From Squalus acanthias (Eukaryota), in assembly GCA_030390025.1 (NCBI GenBank), contig CM059444.1, positions 35,712,001 through 35,776,000 on the forward strand: a DNA stretch of 64,000 nucleotides. The letters are read 5' to 3'. Positions within the stretch are counted from its first letter, which is position 1. Every line of letters begins with the position of its first letter. The notes under the pieces were generated by a model. That model was not told the origin of the DNA. It did no database searches and was given only the letters and a program-made list of their open reading frames with translations. The position numbers and the translations under genes are program-made. Below are positions 49,246-63,303 of this stretch, one piece after another.

Positions 49246-52200
49246 TCACTATTCTCCTCCAATGGAAATAGCAGAGCATCTCAAGTCTCACCTCAACTAT
49301 AGTTGCCCCTCTGGCATCATCCTGTTGAATCTACAGTGTCTGCTCTAAGCCTTAAGTATGTTCTGCACCTAAAACTGCAGTGACCAAATCAGTTAGTCCA
49401 TTTATAAAACCCAAAACTCAACTGGCCTTTCTATAGCTTTATCTACCTGCACCCATTTTCAGGAAATTTTATCTAAACATCTAGGAGGTCTCCATATACA
49501 TCTTCAGATTCTTTGTTGAATAGTCAGTGACAACACAATAGGCTCTTTGCAGCTTGATGCTTTTGGTGACGTTATATAGAAACACACAACTTAAACACTA
49601 GCTGATGGAACTGGCTCTGTGGTTGGCTAATTAAAGTACAAGACTGATGTCAGTGTATAATGTTCACCAGGTGCCTATCTGCTTGTAAAATAATTACATA
49701 TTGAATCACTCTTGCTTCTTCCACTGCATACCATTTGATAAAATCGGAGCACCAAACAATCTTAAGATCCTGCACTAGAGCTAGGGTGCTACCGAGGCAG
49801 ATATAATCCATTCAGATTTCAGATTCTATTTTGTGTTCATTTATTTATTTTTTTAAATGCAGTTCAGGGACTGGTACAAGATTTGCTCAAAAGAGAACAG
49901 AAGCTAGGGTCACATGGCCAAGCCTAGTTTTCTAGCCAGTCATTTCAAGTGGGAATTAAAAATAAATTCTGGTTTGCCACTGGGTGGAGAGTACACAAGA
50001 TACTAATCAAAGTAATTACTAGATGCCACCTTGACTCACCTACATTTGTATTAGTAAATCCACCCAAAGCAATGTGTAGTTACTTCAAAACCATTCGAAA
50101 GTCAACAAGGCAGGTGGGGTTTGTATTAACATTCCAATGTGAAGAGTGAGGCAACCTCTGCAGACTGGGAACCAATTCCCTGCACTATTCCTTGTATTTG
50201 CCCACCACCTGTCTAGCAGCAGTCAGATGTTGAAATGCTTTAAAATAAAGCAACCTATGCAGATATATTCAATTGTAGTGTGAAACTGCCCAGAAAGGAT
50301 GGTGTGGTAACTGGCAAGAGTATCACTTAGCCAACCAGGCAGGTTTGAATATTAAACCCAAACACAGGCCCAGCTCTCAACTAATGTGGAGCAAGGTGAC
50401 ACCACCAGGCTGTTAGTATTCAATGGATTCATCAAAATCAGGAGGAGCAAGCCAATAGGAGTGAAATTACAACTTGGGTGATGCAATATGAAAATGTTAA
50501 AAAGTCAAACTTAACTAATGGAAGCTAGTTAAAGATTTTAGCTCTGAAAATAAATCAAAATGTCATTCCCACCACCACCCCCTGAAAAAAAATTGCAAAA
50601 TAAAAGTTACCCCTTCCTTCTAGATTTCCTGCATAGTCCAATAAATTCCCAATCTGAGCTGCATTTAAATTATCCTTCAAGCAAGACAGTACAGCACTAC
50701 CAGTTAAATGGTGGGGAGGCGAAAAGGAAGTGGGGAGGGGGAAGCGAAAAAGATAAGCAAGTCCTGCTGACTGCATATGGGACACAGGAGAAACAACCAA
50801 TATCCCAATAACCTGTTGATGTATTCACCGTTTAGGCTGAAGAAATATGGTCACATTGCCAAGGTATACACAAAACTGTTTACTAACAAGTTGCCACCTT
50901 GAGAGCAAAGAAAGGGCAAGGCTAGGGGAAAAAAGGCAAGTTAGGGAAAGCAAACCTGTGCAGCCTAACTGTAAGGGGCGTGGGGAGGAGAAGACATTTT
51001 AGTGTGCATTCTACATTGCAGATTAGGCACAAGTTAAATTTTAAAGCAAGGTTAAACATAATTTACAGCAACATTTAATTAGTACTCAATGTAAAACCAA
51101 ATCCAATCCAATATTCTTGGACTGTTAATACAGGCTTCCTTTTTTTTTTATAAAGGAAGTGGAATCTCGAGGAACAACTCTTGAAGCAAGCATACTTTAA
51201 ATGAATGATTGGATTAGGGATAATGTTGCTTTACTGATCATTGAGCAAAGCTTCAATGTTGCTTTGATACCAAATATTGCAAGTCATTTATCCACACCTA
51301 TAATTTAATCTCATCAGACTTCACTGCCCCACCCATTTTCCTGGTCTACCTAGAAATGTTACAAAATATTTAAGCACCTAAAAAAGGAGTCATTTTCTAA
51401 GTTTTAGCAAAGAAACAAAATATACCAGCAGGGGAAAATAAATTCCTGACTTTCTATTGGGCACTTTTCCCTACTGTATCAAAGCAGACACCAGAAGACA
51501 CTTCCAAAAGAATTCCATCTTCAGTACTTGAATTTTAAAATCACATGCACATCTAGTTGCAATAATAATCAGATCAAGTTGGGGGGGGGAAAGAGGGAGG
51601 CGGCAGCAGGCAGGAGAGAAGGAAACAAAAAAGCACCAAAATTATGTTGCACCTGCACTAATTTAGACACAAGTAAATTAACTCAAGATGGCTAGAAACA
51701 ACCACTTCATGCTGCCCAGACACTGAAGTTAGTTATGAACCCCCACAACACACACCCCAAGTGTTTATGCTTCGTATCTGGGCCAAGGCAATAAGCATGA
51801 GCAAGCTATTCAACCATGGAAGTGCCACCTTCAGTCAAACCCCAATGTTGCCTTCAAACTCACACCCTCCCTGCCCATCCAAACCCCAACCCCTCCAGGT
51901 AGCTACTAGGAATGAGCATTGCCTAAAATCTTTCCCTTCTATATCACTACAAAGAGAGTTAGTTAATTCAGCACAGACTATCAATTGATCCTGGAAACCT
52001 GCTGGTCTGTATGGCTCAATGATTTGCTAACAGAACGGTTAGGAAATAGTCTCAGACGGTATGGCTATGGCATTTCTCTTTATATCAACTGTGTCCAGGA
52101 ACTTTCCAATTGTAGCTAATCTCAGTTTGATTATGCCTTAGATATAAACAGGTCCTGTAACAAACATGTACTTGGAGAGTTGAGGCTCAAGCGGGTGCGT

Positions 52201-53242
52201 AGACAGCACAGCATCTTTGTAGGCCCTTAGTGTTTGAACTTCACAGGGATGCAGGAGCCGTGACATTTTTTAAATGATTGTCAAAGTTGAAAGTGGCAGG
52301 AAAGGGATCAGACAAATGGCTGCATCTGTCAAAGGGATAGTCCCAAGGTGCTGGAAAAGCAACTCAGATGGTTAGAAGGCCTTTGATAACTGAAGAAATT
52401 CATGAACTCTTTCAGGATGTGTAAAGTTATTGATAGGGACAACAAAGAAGATTAGATAATGCTGAAACATAATAGGATTTTTTTTTTAAAAAGTGGGTGT
52501 TAGGAGAAAGATCTCAGAATTCAATGAGGCCTGATCAGCCTTGAAGACTCAATCATTAATGCACATTAATTCTCTGGTGAACAAGATTGCCACAAGTGCT
52601 GCTGTGTATGTTTAATTATGGTCAATAAATCATATCCTTCATAAATCTGAAAATCTACCTGTAATGCTGTGCACCCTATTATTTTTTTTGAGGAGTAACT
52701 TCTAAAAGAGCACCCATCCTCAAACAGAGCCATTGATGTTTCCAGAAAGCGCAAGTCTTCTAGAGGATCAGCTCAGACAATGTGTTTCAGACAGAAGCTG
52801 CAGTTGCTGATGCTTACAGTTCAACTATACAAAATAACTGCTCTTCAAGAGAAGCCTCAGAATTAAGTCACAGCACAAGCCAACTAGGACCATGTGACAT
52901 GCAGCAGAACGACCATGTTACCCAAACATGCAAAGCATACCTTAGGGATGTGGTGATGAACCTTGCCAGTCTACCCAAATGCAAATTAAGTATGGAGGAG
53001 CTGCAACAGTGCTCAGAAGTGTTACTCAGTATGATTGATGCAATTCAGCAATTAAATACTAAATTAAAAGTGAGAATGCACTGGAGGCCTACACATTACA
53101 GTTGGAGTTGGTTCAGGTGGAGATAGTTCAGTTGCCACACAAGATCCATTTGTTGCTGTAGCAAGACATACATCTTCTATGCAAAGAGTAATCTCTGCTG
53201 CTAGACCTCAGCAACTAATTAAACAGAGGGGGGGGGGGGGAC

Positions 53243-53541
53243 AGGACTTGCCTTTCTATACTTCAGGACATCCTCAGGACATCAAGATGCTGCACCAGTG
53301 AACCAATAAATGTAGTCATCCTATAGGCAAAGTCAATTGTATACAGCAAGATCCCACAAACAGCAATCAAGAATGAACAGTCAATATTTTAATTTTGGCA
53401 TTATTGGTTGAGGAAGTAATCTCGTCAAGGATATTTGGTTAAATCCCTGCTCTTTTGAATACAGTCATGTGATCTTGGGTGGACAGATAGGGCCTCAGTT
53501 TAACATCTAACTTGAACAGCATCACCTCTACTGCACTGAAC
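53243..53541 (-). mobile_element. Degenerate DeuSINE-like SINE
   Basis: acagcaagatcccacaaacagcaat, ccctgctctt, gggcctcagtttaacatct match 43291-43746. Confidence 0.6.
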
Positions 53542-53961
53542 ATTTCTAGACCACTGTTTAAAGACTGGCACCTTCCAAGGTCCAAGCTACCAATCACAAA
53601 AAAGTTGCTTTTTCATACAAATTAATTTTGATGTCCAAGTACTGTTCCTTCTACATTTTTATTTCAACATGAAGTGCAGACAAGTGAAACATTGCTTCTT
53701 CCAATTATGAATCAGGAGCAAAATGACCTTCACTAAAATAGGTTTTAGTTAATAACAGTAGGTCAACAGGAGTATTATTCAGTGTGCATCAACTGGACCC
53801 ATGAGCATTGCATCAGATGAAATTCTACTGTTTTAGCAGATACTATACCACCCAAGTTTACCATTCAGCCCAAGGCTGCCAGACTGCAATTTCAAAATTA
53901 GTGGAAGAGAATCTATTCTATTTTCTTTTAAATTATGAGATTTGTCTAGCCATTTCTTTAT

Positions 53962-54745
53962 TACAACTTGTATTTATATCACACCTTTAACGTAGTAAAG
54001 TGTCCCAAGATGTTGCACAGGAGTGCTCAAGACAAAAAAAATTGACACCGAGCCACATAAGGAGAGATTAGGGCAGGTGACCAAAAGCTTGGTCAAAAGA
54101 GGTAGGTTTTAAGGAGCGTCTTAAAAAGGAGGAAAGAGAGGTAGAGAAGTAGAGGTTTAGGAAGGGAATTCCAGCTTAGGGCCTAGGCAACAGAAGGCAC
54201 AGCCACCAATGGTTGAGTGATTATAATCAGGGACGCTCGAGGGCAGAATTAGAACAGCGCAGATACCTCTGGGATTGTGGGGCTGGAGGAGATTAGAGAT
54301 AGGGAGGGGCGAGGCCATGGAGGGATTTGAAAACAAGGATGAGAATTGAGGTGTTGCTTAACCAGGAGTTAATGTAGGTTAGTGAGCACAGGTGATGGGT
54401 GAACAGGACTTGGTGCGAGTTAGGACACGGGCAGCCGAGTTTTGGATCACCTCAAGTTTATGTAGGGTAGAATGTGTGAGCCCAGCCAGGAGTGTGTTGG
54501 AATAGTCAAGTCTAGAGGTAACAAAAAGGCATGAATGACTGTTTCAGCAGTAGATGAGCTGAGGCAAGAGTGGAGACAGGTGATGTTAATGAGGTGGAAA
54601 TAGGCAGTCTTAAGCTCATTTCAGGGTCAAATATGACACCAAGGTTGCGAACAGTGTGGTTCAGCCTCAGACAGATGTTAGAGAGAGGGATGGAGTCAGT
54701 GGGAAGGGAACAGAGTTTGTGGCAGGGACCAAAACCACAGTAATA
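53962..54745 (-). mobile_element. L2 LINE 3' fragment
   Basis: TVRNLGVIFDPEMS motif (ORF 54512..54796) and L2 tail. Confidence 0.8.
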
Positions 54746-56454
54746 AAGTCTTGTGGCTCTCCCTTTGTACCAGTTTCCCCAGGGCTTCCACCCCACTGTT
54801 TTGTCTCATCTCCCAAAACTATTGCTGTAATATTCAGTCCTCTGAAGAGAAATGTCCATATCCGAAGAGCAGAAGGTGCAAGAAAAAGGAGGAAAGTACA
54901 AGAGCAAATTGCAAGATAGCCAAAGGAGAAAATAATGAAATAGCAAAATAGTAGAAAGAAAACCTGGAAGTTGCCATTACTTCACATGTTGGTGTCACAG
55001 GCCATTATTCTTCCAAAATGCAAGTGACAAGTGTATATTTTGGATACACTTGGATTCTAATAGAACATGTAATTGTAATCAAACTTGAAAAGTATACAAG
55101 CTTTAAAATAATGCATTTTATTAACAAAATAACCATTAGTAGAACTAAAGGTGCAAGTTGTAGCCCAATTCCCCATATAGTATTCCTAGTTTAATCAAAA
55201 ATTCTGAAAATTGATGATGCATCAAGGTGGATGGGGGGTGGGGGGGTGGAAACCATGGCTTATTGTTGATAAAGCCTGACTAGAAGTAGCAGGAAGTGGT
55301 AGAGATAGATAGATAGAAGCTTTGTTCACCATTTATCTACAACAAACCCAATAAAAAAAGTGCAAGCTTTTAATAGGAGTGGTTGGTTGTTTGGTCACAA
55401 AAGGTTCAAAGTTCTGGCAGCTGCATATCATAAATCACAACTAGGAGAAAGATGGAATGAGCCAGTGAGTTGAAGACAACAGTCCTATTCAGTTTTAGTC
55501 CCAACACCAACTTCAAGGAAAGTTTTGACGTGATATGTATACAAACAGTATTCCATTAAAACCTTTCAAATGAATCTCTGATGGAAATTCTAGTTTGTAG
55601 CATTTGTATCCTAAATTTATTTACAGAATGTCACTGCACTAAGTTTATAGAAATAATCTAGGAACCATCAAGTGACTAAGGTTTAAATTCTGCCAAGTGC
55701 ATGCAAACATTATCAACCAACTAGTCTGAGATTTGTTTTTGTACTTGTTTTCATTTGTTCAGATATTCTGAAGGCTAGTCTGATGGAATGTGAAACAGGA
55801 TTTAATTTAATGAAGCTACAACTAATTCTAGCAATATGCACACCAGCAAAACTAGTTTTACTTTAATATATTAGTTTTATACCATCACCATAGGAGGCCA
55901 TGATTGAGCACCAGTACTTGTTTACTTGGGCTTCCTGAACTGCTGCAAGAGACCATTAACTTCCAATACCTGGGGCAATTTTAAATTGGTACACATGGTT
56001 ACTGCAGTTAACCACTCAGATGCTTCATGTTTATCTCTTACTGGGTTCTATCACTGCAACATAGTATTCAGTGAAATATATTCATGAAAGTTTCACTGAA
56101 AGATAATTATGTTCTAATGTCTCATTTATAGGACCTTTAAAAAGCAGATAACCTAATTTGTTAGGGCAATAAACAAAAGCAAACAAAGAACACAATTCAA
56201 AAGCTATGATTCAAATGAAACTGACTTAATTTCATGCTGTGAACATAAGCAACACTGGCCTAGCAGAGGTAAAGATCACCACCACTCGGCCAACAAGCTG
56301 GAGCACTCCAGCTTCCATTCTTCTGGTGAGTCAAGTAGTTTCACTACCACCCACTTCCCCAGCCGCTAATAAGTTGTGGAAGAAAATAAAAGTTGCCTCA
56401 AGGAGAAAAATGAAACTTAAACCTACCATTGCAGCTTGAGAATTTGTCATAATA

Positions 56455-56877
56455 CAGGAAACTTTCGTTTATCCGGCATCGACGGGACCGGCGTGGTGCC
56501 GGTTTATCGAAAGTACCGGATAACAGAGTTATATCTACCGAGGCTATTTTTAACAAAGAGACTCCAAGCAGCACGGGAGAATCTACTCATGCTACTGCAA
56601 TGTTTCGGACTTGCGACAGCGCCAGGAGGCCGAGTAGTGGCACTTTTGAAAAGTACTCCTACTGACTAAATCGGCGTTCGCGGACTTGGACTCGGACTCG
56701 GGATCGGCAACATTGCCGGTTATTTGAGAGGATTTTTCGGCGCACTCGGCGTTCGCGGAGACTCGACTGCGACTCGGCAACATTGCCGGTTATTTGAGAG
56801 GAGTTTTCAGAGGATGATTTTTGCCGGTTAAGCGAGAATTCCAGATATTTGGGTGCTGGATAAACGAAAGTTTCCTG
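56455..56877. mobile_element. Young pogo/Tigger-type MITE, copy 2
   Basis: Same TIRs and TA flanks; near-identical to 19573-19997 in the same orientation. Confidence 0.9.
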
Positions 56878-58829
56878 TAGTTGCATACTGCAAGATGAAA
56901 GGGCCAGTGCAAAGGACCACAGGACCTAGGTCACTGCCAGTTCACTTCAACAGTGACCAGCTTCACAATACAAAAAAAGGGAGCATTAGTTCATCAGTGG
57001 CATTACAATATTAACCATGCACGTGGCCTTTTTGTGGGGGAATTCCATTTACCATGGAATCCAAACAGGTGAAATTAGTCTATCAGCTTAGGTTTCAAAA
57101 TAGAGCCAGAGACTTGAATAAACTGAAAGAAAAGATCAGAAATCCCAACTCTAGGATAGAATTGCTCTTCTAAACTACAGAATGACATTCAGCAAAAATT
57201 AATTGCAATGGTTCTTTACCCAAGTAACTACTGAATCATAATATTTAAAAAAATGTCAGTCATATTAGGCAACTTAATTTGCAGACCTTGAGTATGCAAG
57301 TGGAAGTTTGAATACTTAACTGTAGCATGATGAAACAAATTTGGAGTTTGTAACTGTCGTGCAAGCAGGATTGAATACTGTATTTCTTCCATGCCTGTTT
57401 GAGAAAGCCTGCCATGTGGTTGCAAGATAACTGGCTAATGAAGTTTGGCAAGATGGGAACTAGTTTGTCTAATTTAGTTACTTTCAAGCAACTATTTAAG
57501 CTAGCATCCAGTGAAAAAAACACCCACGTAGTGACTCCACATTTAGTAAAATTAACAGTGCATCCACCAGGGAGCTACAAGAAACATGGCAACAAAGTGG
57601 ACACTTGCCCTACATGCCAATTACATAAATAGGCAGGGAACAGGTGTGCAACTCAAGAACTTAAGGCACATATTTTTACAAGACATAAATTGTGTATTTT
57701 GAAAAGTAGTATTAACTGCAGAACCTATCCCAAACTGCACAAAGGCTTAGTTCCCATAGAACCAACCAGAAAACTCAGGCTGAATAGCTTCAAAAAACAC
57801 AACAGCCCTCAACAAAGACAAAGAGCCAAGGGTACAGTGAGACATAACCGGCAGGTATAGCCAACATTCCATTGTTTTTGAAGTACACTAAACAGATAGC
57901 AGCAGTGTTGATGCGCAAGTTACTTTCCTAGAGAGCCTCCCCACAACACGGATGACCAAAGTTTAATTGTAAATCTCAGGGTAAAAATTATATAAAGTGC
58001 ATCACTCCAAGCCCCATTTTATTTCCAAAAAACAACAATTTCACAAGTACAGGACAGGAATTAACACAAGAAACCAGTTACTGCACTAATACCAGAGAGC
58101 ATCCACCTTGTCGCTAAAGAAAACAACTGCAACCCATATTAACTAAAATAAAACTAAACAAAACAGCAAGCCACAGAAAGTTCCTTTTGAGGAAAATAAG
58201 TTCTTGTAGAAAGAAGCTGCACTTTAGCAGCTGGTTATCTAATTTCTTCCAGGACAAACCAAATAAAACACACCCATAACGAGAGTCGTAGAAACCAACA
58301 GCTCATTGTAAATTTTTGGCCTCAAGTCTGTGCACCACAAACAATGGAATAAAGTAACATCTTACTGGTTCTGACAAGCTCTAGTCCCATCTTCCAGGTT
58401 ATTTAAGTGGTTGATACTCATCCTTCAAGCCCAGTTTGGCAAGGAGGGGGAAAGAGCTGATGTTTCTTGTAAAAAGCCAACAGAAGGCATGTATATGTAT
58501 ATGCATATTACTAAGCCACACAAACCAGCAAGGTCCAAAGCTTTGATATCTTGTCTGTCCCAAGATGCTAATCCACACAAGGGTAGAAATAATCAATCAC
58601 AACACCAAGTTAAGATTCCTGCTTTTGACTGCTAACTAGTGCCCCACTAGTTGCAATGCCAGATTCAACTACAGCAGTTGTGCCCCTACCAGTGGATAGT
58701 TTTCCACTGTTCAGGGTTGCAAGTCAAGAGTGGCTAGCTGGGAAGGCCCTGAAGGGCTTCCATTCAACCATACTGCAACCAGCAGGGTAAGGAAAGAGTT
58801 CATGGACAGCAGGGGAGAGCATGATAAGG

Positions 58830-60630
58830 GAAAATAAGAGATTAGGAAAGATGTTAAAAAAAATTAGTAAGGCAAAGAGGAACTATGAAATTAAATCATC
58901 AAGGAATGTAAAAAAAAGTACAATATTTTACAGGCTCAATAAATAAAAGGTCAGGATGGGAATAGGGCCACTAAGGGATGGACAGGATGATACCACAGGT
59001 AGTGATAGAGAGATGGCAGAAATATTAAATAATTACTTTGCCTCAGTATTTACCAGGGAAGAGAACAGGTGGATATGACATTGGATCATGAGATTTGTAA
59101 TTAAATAACTGCATTTAAAAATGAGATATTTTAAATAAACTAATCAAACTCAGGAAAAAAACCTGGTCTGGATGGATTACATCCACGCATTTTAAAATAA
59201 TCTACAGAAGAGGTAGAAGAGGCATTACTGAACTATTTAATAATTCATAGAAAAAGGTGTAGTGCCAGAGTACTGGCAGATAGCTAACATAATACCTACA
59301 TTTAAGGGAGACAGAACATGTACTAACTGGACTATAGTTCCCTAGACATCAGTGGTAGGAAAAATAATGGAATCCCTACTAAAGGAGACAATAGAACATC
59401 TAGAAGCCAAAAATATGAATAGTCAGCATGGATTTCAAAAGGGAAAATCTTGCTTGACCAACCTCATTGAATTTTTGAAGAGGTAACAGAATAGACAAAG
59501 GTAATGCAGTAGATGTAATTTATCTAGATTTTCAAAAGGCCTTCGATAAGGTGCCACATAATAGACTAATGAATAAGGCTAGAGAATGCAGAGTCAGGGG
59601 ACAAGTAGCAGAATGGATAGCTAGCTGGCTTCAAGATAGAAAACAGAGTAGGGGTAAAGGGTAGCTATTCAGTGGTAGAAGGTGGGTGGCAGTGTTCCAC
59701 AAGGATCAGTGCTGGGACCACTTGTTCACAATTTAGACTTTGGAATCAATTTCTAAATTTGCAAAGGACACCAAATTTGGGGGGGGGGGGGGGGGAATAG
59801 TTAATACTGAGGACTGCAACAAATTACAGGAGGACATTAATAAACTTGCAGAATGGGCATATAATTGGCAAATTAAGTTCAACAGATAAATGGGAGGAAT
59901 TACATTTTGGTAGGATGAAGAGAGGTCACGAGTCTAGGTGGGGAGAGGAGCAAAGGGATCTCGAGTACAAATACGCAAATCACAAAGTAGCGACAGGTTA
60001 ACAAGGCCATAAAAATAGCAAACCAAGCACTAGGGTTTATTTCTAGAGGGATAGAATTGAAAAGTAGTGAAGTTATGCTAAACTCGTATCAAACCTTGGT
60101 TAGACCACACCGAGTACTGTGTACAATTCTGGTTGCCATATTATAAAAAGGATAGAGGCACTGGAGAGTGTGCAGAGAAGATTTACAAGGATGATACCAG
60201 AAATGCAAGGGTATACTTATCAGGAAAGGATGAACAGGCTGGGTCTCTTTTCACTTGAAAAAAGGCTGAGGGGGGACCTAATAGAGGTCTTTAAAATTAT
60301 GAAAGGTTTTGATAGAGTAGAGACAGAGAATGTTTCCACTCGTGGGGAAGATCATAACTAGAGGCCATCAATATAAGATAGCCACCAAGAAATCAAAGGG
60401 GATTCAGAAGAAACTTCTTTAGCCAGAGAGTGGTGATAATGTGGCACTCACTACCACAGGGAGTGGTTGAGGCAAATAGTATAGATGCATTTAAGGGGAG
60501 ACTAGATAAGCATATAAAGGGAATAGAGGGTTATGCTGAGAGTTAGAGGAGGAAAGACAGGAGGAGGCTTGAGTGGAGCATAAATGCCAGCATGGACTGG
60601 TTGGGCCAAATGGCCTGTTTTTATGCTGTA
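58830..60630 (+). mobile_element. CR1 LINE, ~1.8 kb decayed ORF2 (RT) and 3' UTR
   Basis: QHGFQKGKSCLTNLIEF, YLDFQKAFDKVPH, VPQGSVLGP and ALESVQRRFTRMIP motifs with many frameshifts. Confidence 0.9.
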
Positions 60631-62864
60631 AGCATGCAGGAAGGGGGCAGGGGAAATACAAAACATGTCCAGTCATTTTGGTGTAGAAGCATTAATCCAA
60701 AACAAGGTTTTAAAGTTTAAGACTTTTTAATCTTGGTCAGCATCACATGCTGAACCAAAAAGGGTTTCAGTATGCACTAACATTCAACCACTATACTCAT
60801 GCAATAAATTTCTGCATGAGCCCCCTATTTAAAGGGTGCGCCAAGATTTAAAAAAGCACAAAAAGGACGAGATAGGGTACAAATAAGAGGACAATGCTGT
60901 GCTCTAGTTGTAGGACACAGGTTTGTCCATGGAGCAAGTTACCAATCTCAGCCATGCCAGAGTGGCACCTCCCAAAAAGGATGTATGCACCAAGATATCA
61001 TCTATTGACTGCTGGATAGGGCAGCAGAGGCCACCCACAGGCATGTAGTATGGGAAACCTAAGAAAGCACATGTCTACATGTGGAATGAGTCACAAAAGG
61101 GAGCTTTTAATGTGAATGTAATTGTAACCAAGTACATAAATGAGAAAGTGCACCCATATTCATGAATTGTTTTAACTGAACTTGGTGTACAGTATTGCAT
61201 GGAATAGCCATATATAATCTACTTTCACTCAAGCAGTGCTTCAGTCATTACAGGATGAGACTTTTACATTTACTTCACAATTTTTAATCGAAAGGGGAAA
61301 AATAACAGAAGTGCACACTTCCCTGGATGAATACCCAATTAATTTAACTTCAAAATCCTTCCTCTTCTACAAGAGAGAGTATTTAGTGAATACAACACAT
61401 GCATCAGTTGTTGCCCCATTAGGTTTATCTCTCCTATTCCATTTAAGAAGTCACCTGGCCTGCAGTTAGATGCTTTAAACAAACATTTTAATCGCCCTGG
61501 TTAAACCACCACACCCTCAGCTCTGCATTGCCATGAAGTTTCCTGCTTCACAACTTGTAGAAAAAATCATCAAGTCAGGATCACTTATCATCCATTTTGT
61601 TTTTTCCCCCCCAAATGTGTCAGATAAACTGGAGCCCAACAGAAGCAAACATATTTCTGCAGAATATCCAATGGCAGATATTTTGAAACTGTCTTCATCT
61701 ATATACTCAACAGCTAATAGTTATTCAGAGGCAAGCAGCCAGCCATTTCTCAACAACTAGCAGATTTGTAGACTGGGCTCCTTTCCACTATTACTTCTTC
61801 AAACTGAAAGCCAAGAAAATCATTTGCAGATACGCACCACATAAGTCACACCTCCAGATTTCAATGTTACCACTAAGTGATCTTAACAGTTGAGTAGCTC
61901 AGCACCGTAAACAGTTTTTATTCACATATGCACACACACTTCCTATTGGGTGAAGTGCTTTCAAACCAAGTATGAAGATTCTCTCTTCCTCTTCACCTCA
62001 CCCAAATAAAGTAGAAACTAACACATGGTTTTGCTTAACAATTAAACTTGAAACTAGTAGAACTAGGCCATTCTTCTGGTGGCAGATTAGAGTTACCTAC
62101 TAATGGATGTCAAGTTTACAATTCCAGTTATGTGACGCTAGTCATGGTCATTATTTTAATATTCACACCACCAGGTCACAGAATCTTTAGTTAAAGCAGC
62201 TGTTCTTCCTCCCCAGAAGAGAAAGGTTTAATCAGTTGGTGCCCCAGACATCACCTCCTTTGACTAAAGCATCCCAATTTCTTTAAACCATATTACATTT
62301 CACTTGCAACCCAAAAAAGGAAAGAGAAACTAGCAGTAGTGATAGGGAATTACATTAACACGGTGGAAATTACATCTTTTCTGCACAAGTCACATCAGCC
62401 TCACAAATGATAACTGACCAAAGTACCAGGGACCAGAGCAGAATGTGTTTTCAAAATGCAGCAACAGGTAGGTCAGTGTAAAAAAAAATTACATCTATAA
62501 AATCAGATCCTAAACATATGGAGGGCATGAGTCACCCATTACCAAAGGTGGTGGGATTGAGTTTAAGACATTCCCTTTGATGCTGTCTTTACTCAGAACT
62601 ATGGAAAACTGGCCCATTTTAATTGGACTTCTGAGAGTTCCATTACTGCAGACATGTTGCTTACTAATGAGCATCATTTGGCCTGAATTGGACAAAGCAA
62701 CATGAGTTCCTTCAATTTACACAAAAAAAACTGTCAACGTGCTCCATTGAGCCAGCCAGCAGGTGGCATATGAAAGTCTCCAAAAAGGTCGTCTCCTCGG
62801 GTGTTTAGTAGGAGGCAAGCATGCAGGAGAAGTGCAAAAATATATTTAGACAACCAGCTAAATT

Positions 62865-63303
62865 ACAACTTACATTTGTACAGCACATTTAACTTGTGAA
62901 ATGTCCCAAGGCACTGAAGATCGATATCAATTAAAACATTTGACACCGAGCCACAGAAAGGTGACATCAGGACAGAGGACCCAAAAGCTTGGTTTTAAGG
63001 AGCATCTTAAAGGAGCAGAGAGGTGGAGAAGGAATCCCAGGGTTTAGGGCCAAGGCAGCTGAAAGCATGGTTGCCAGTGGTGGAGCGATTAAAAAAAAAA
63101 ATCAGGGGTGCGCAAGAGGCTAGAAATGGAGCAGCGCAGAGATCACAAAGGCGTGTAGGGCTGGAGGAGGTTAGATAGGGAGGGGTGAGGCCATGGAAGG
63201 ATTTGAAAACAAGGATGAGGATTTTAAAATTGAGGAGTTGTCAGACCAGGAGCCAGTGTAAGTCAGCAAGCACAGGGGTGACAGGTGAACTAGACTTGGA
63301 GCG
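62865..63303 (-). mobile_element. L2 LINE 3' end fragment
   Basis: Homologous to 53962-54420 and 5849-6229. Confidence 0.75.

Noticed and set aside
58830-60630. Functional reverse transcriptase gene
   Set aside because: Multiple frameshifts and stops, catalytic FADD altered, 5' truncated
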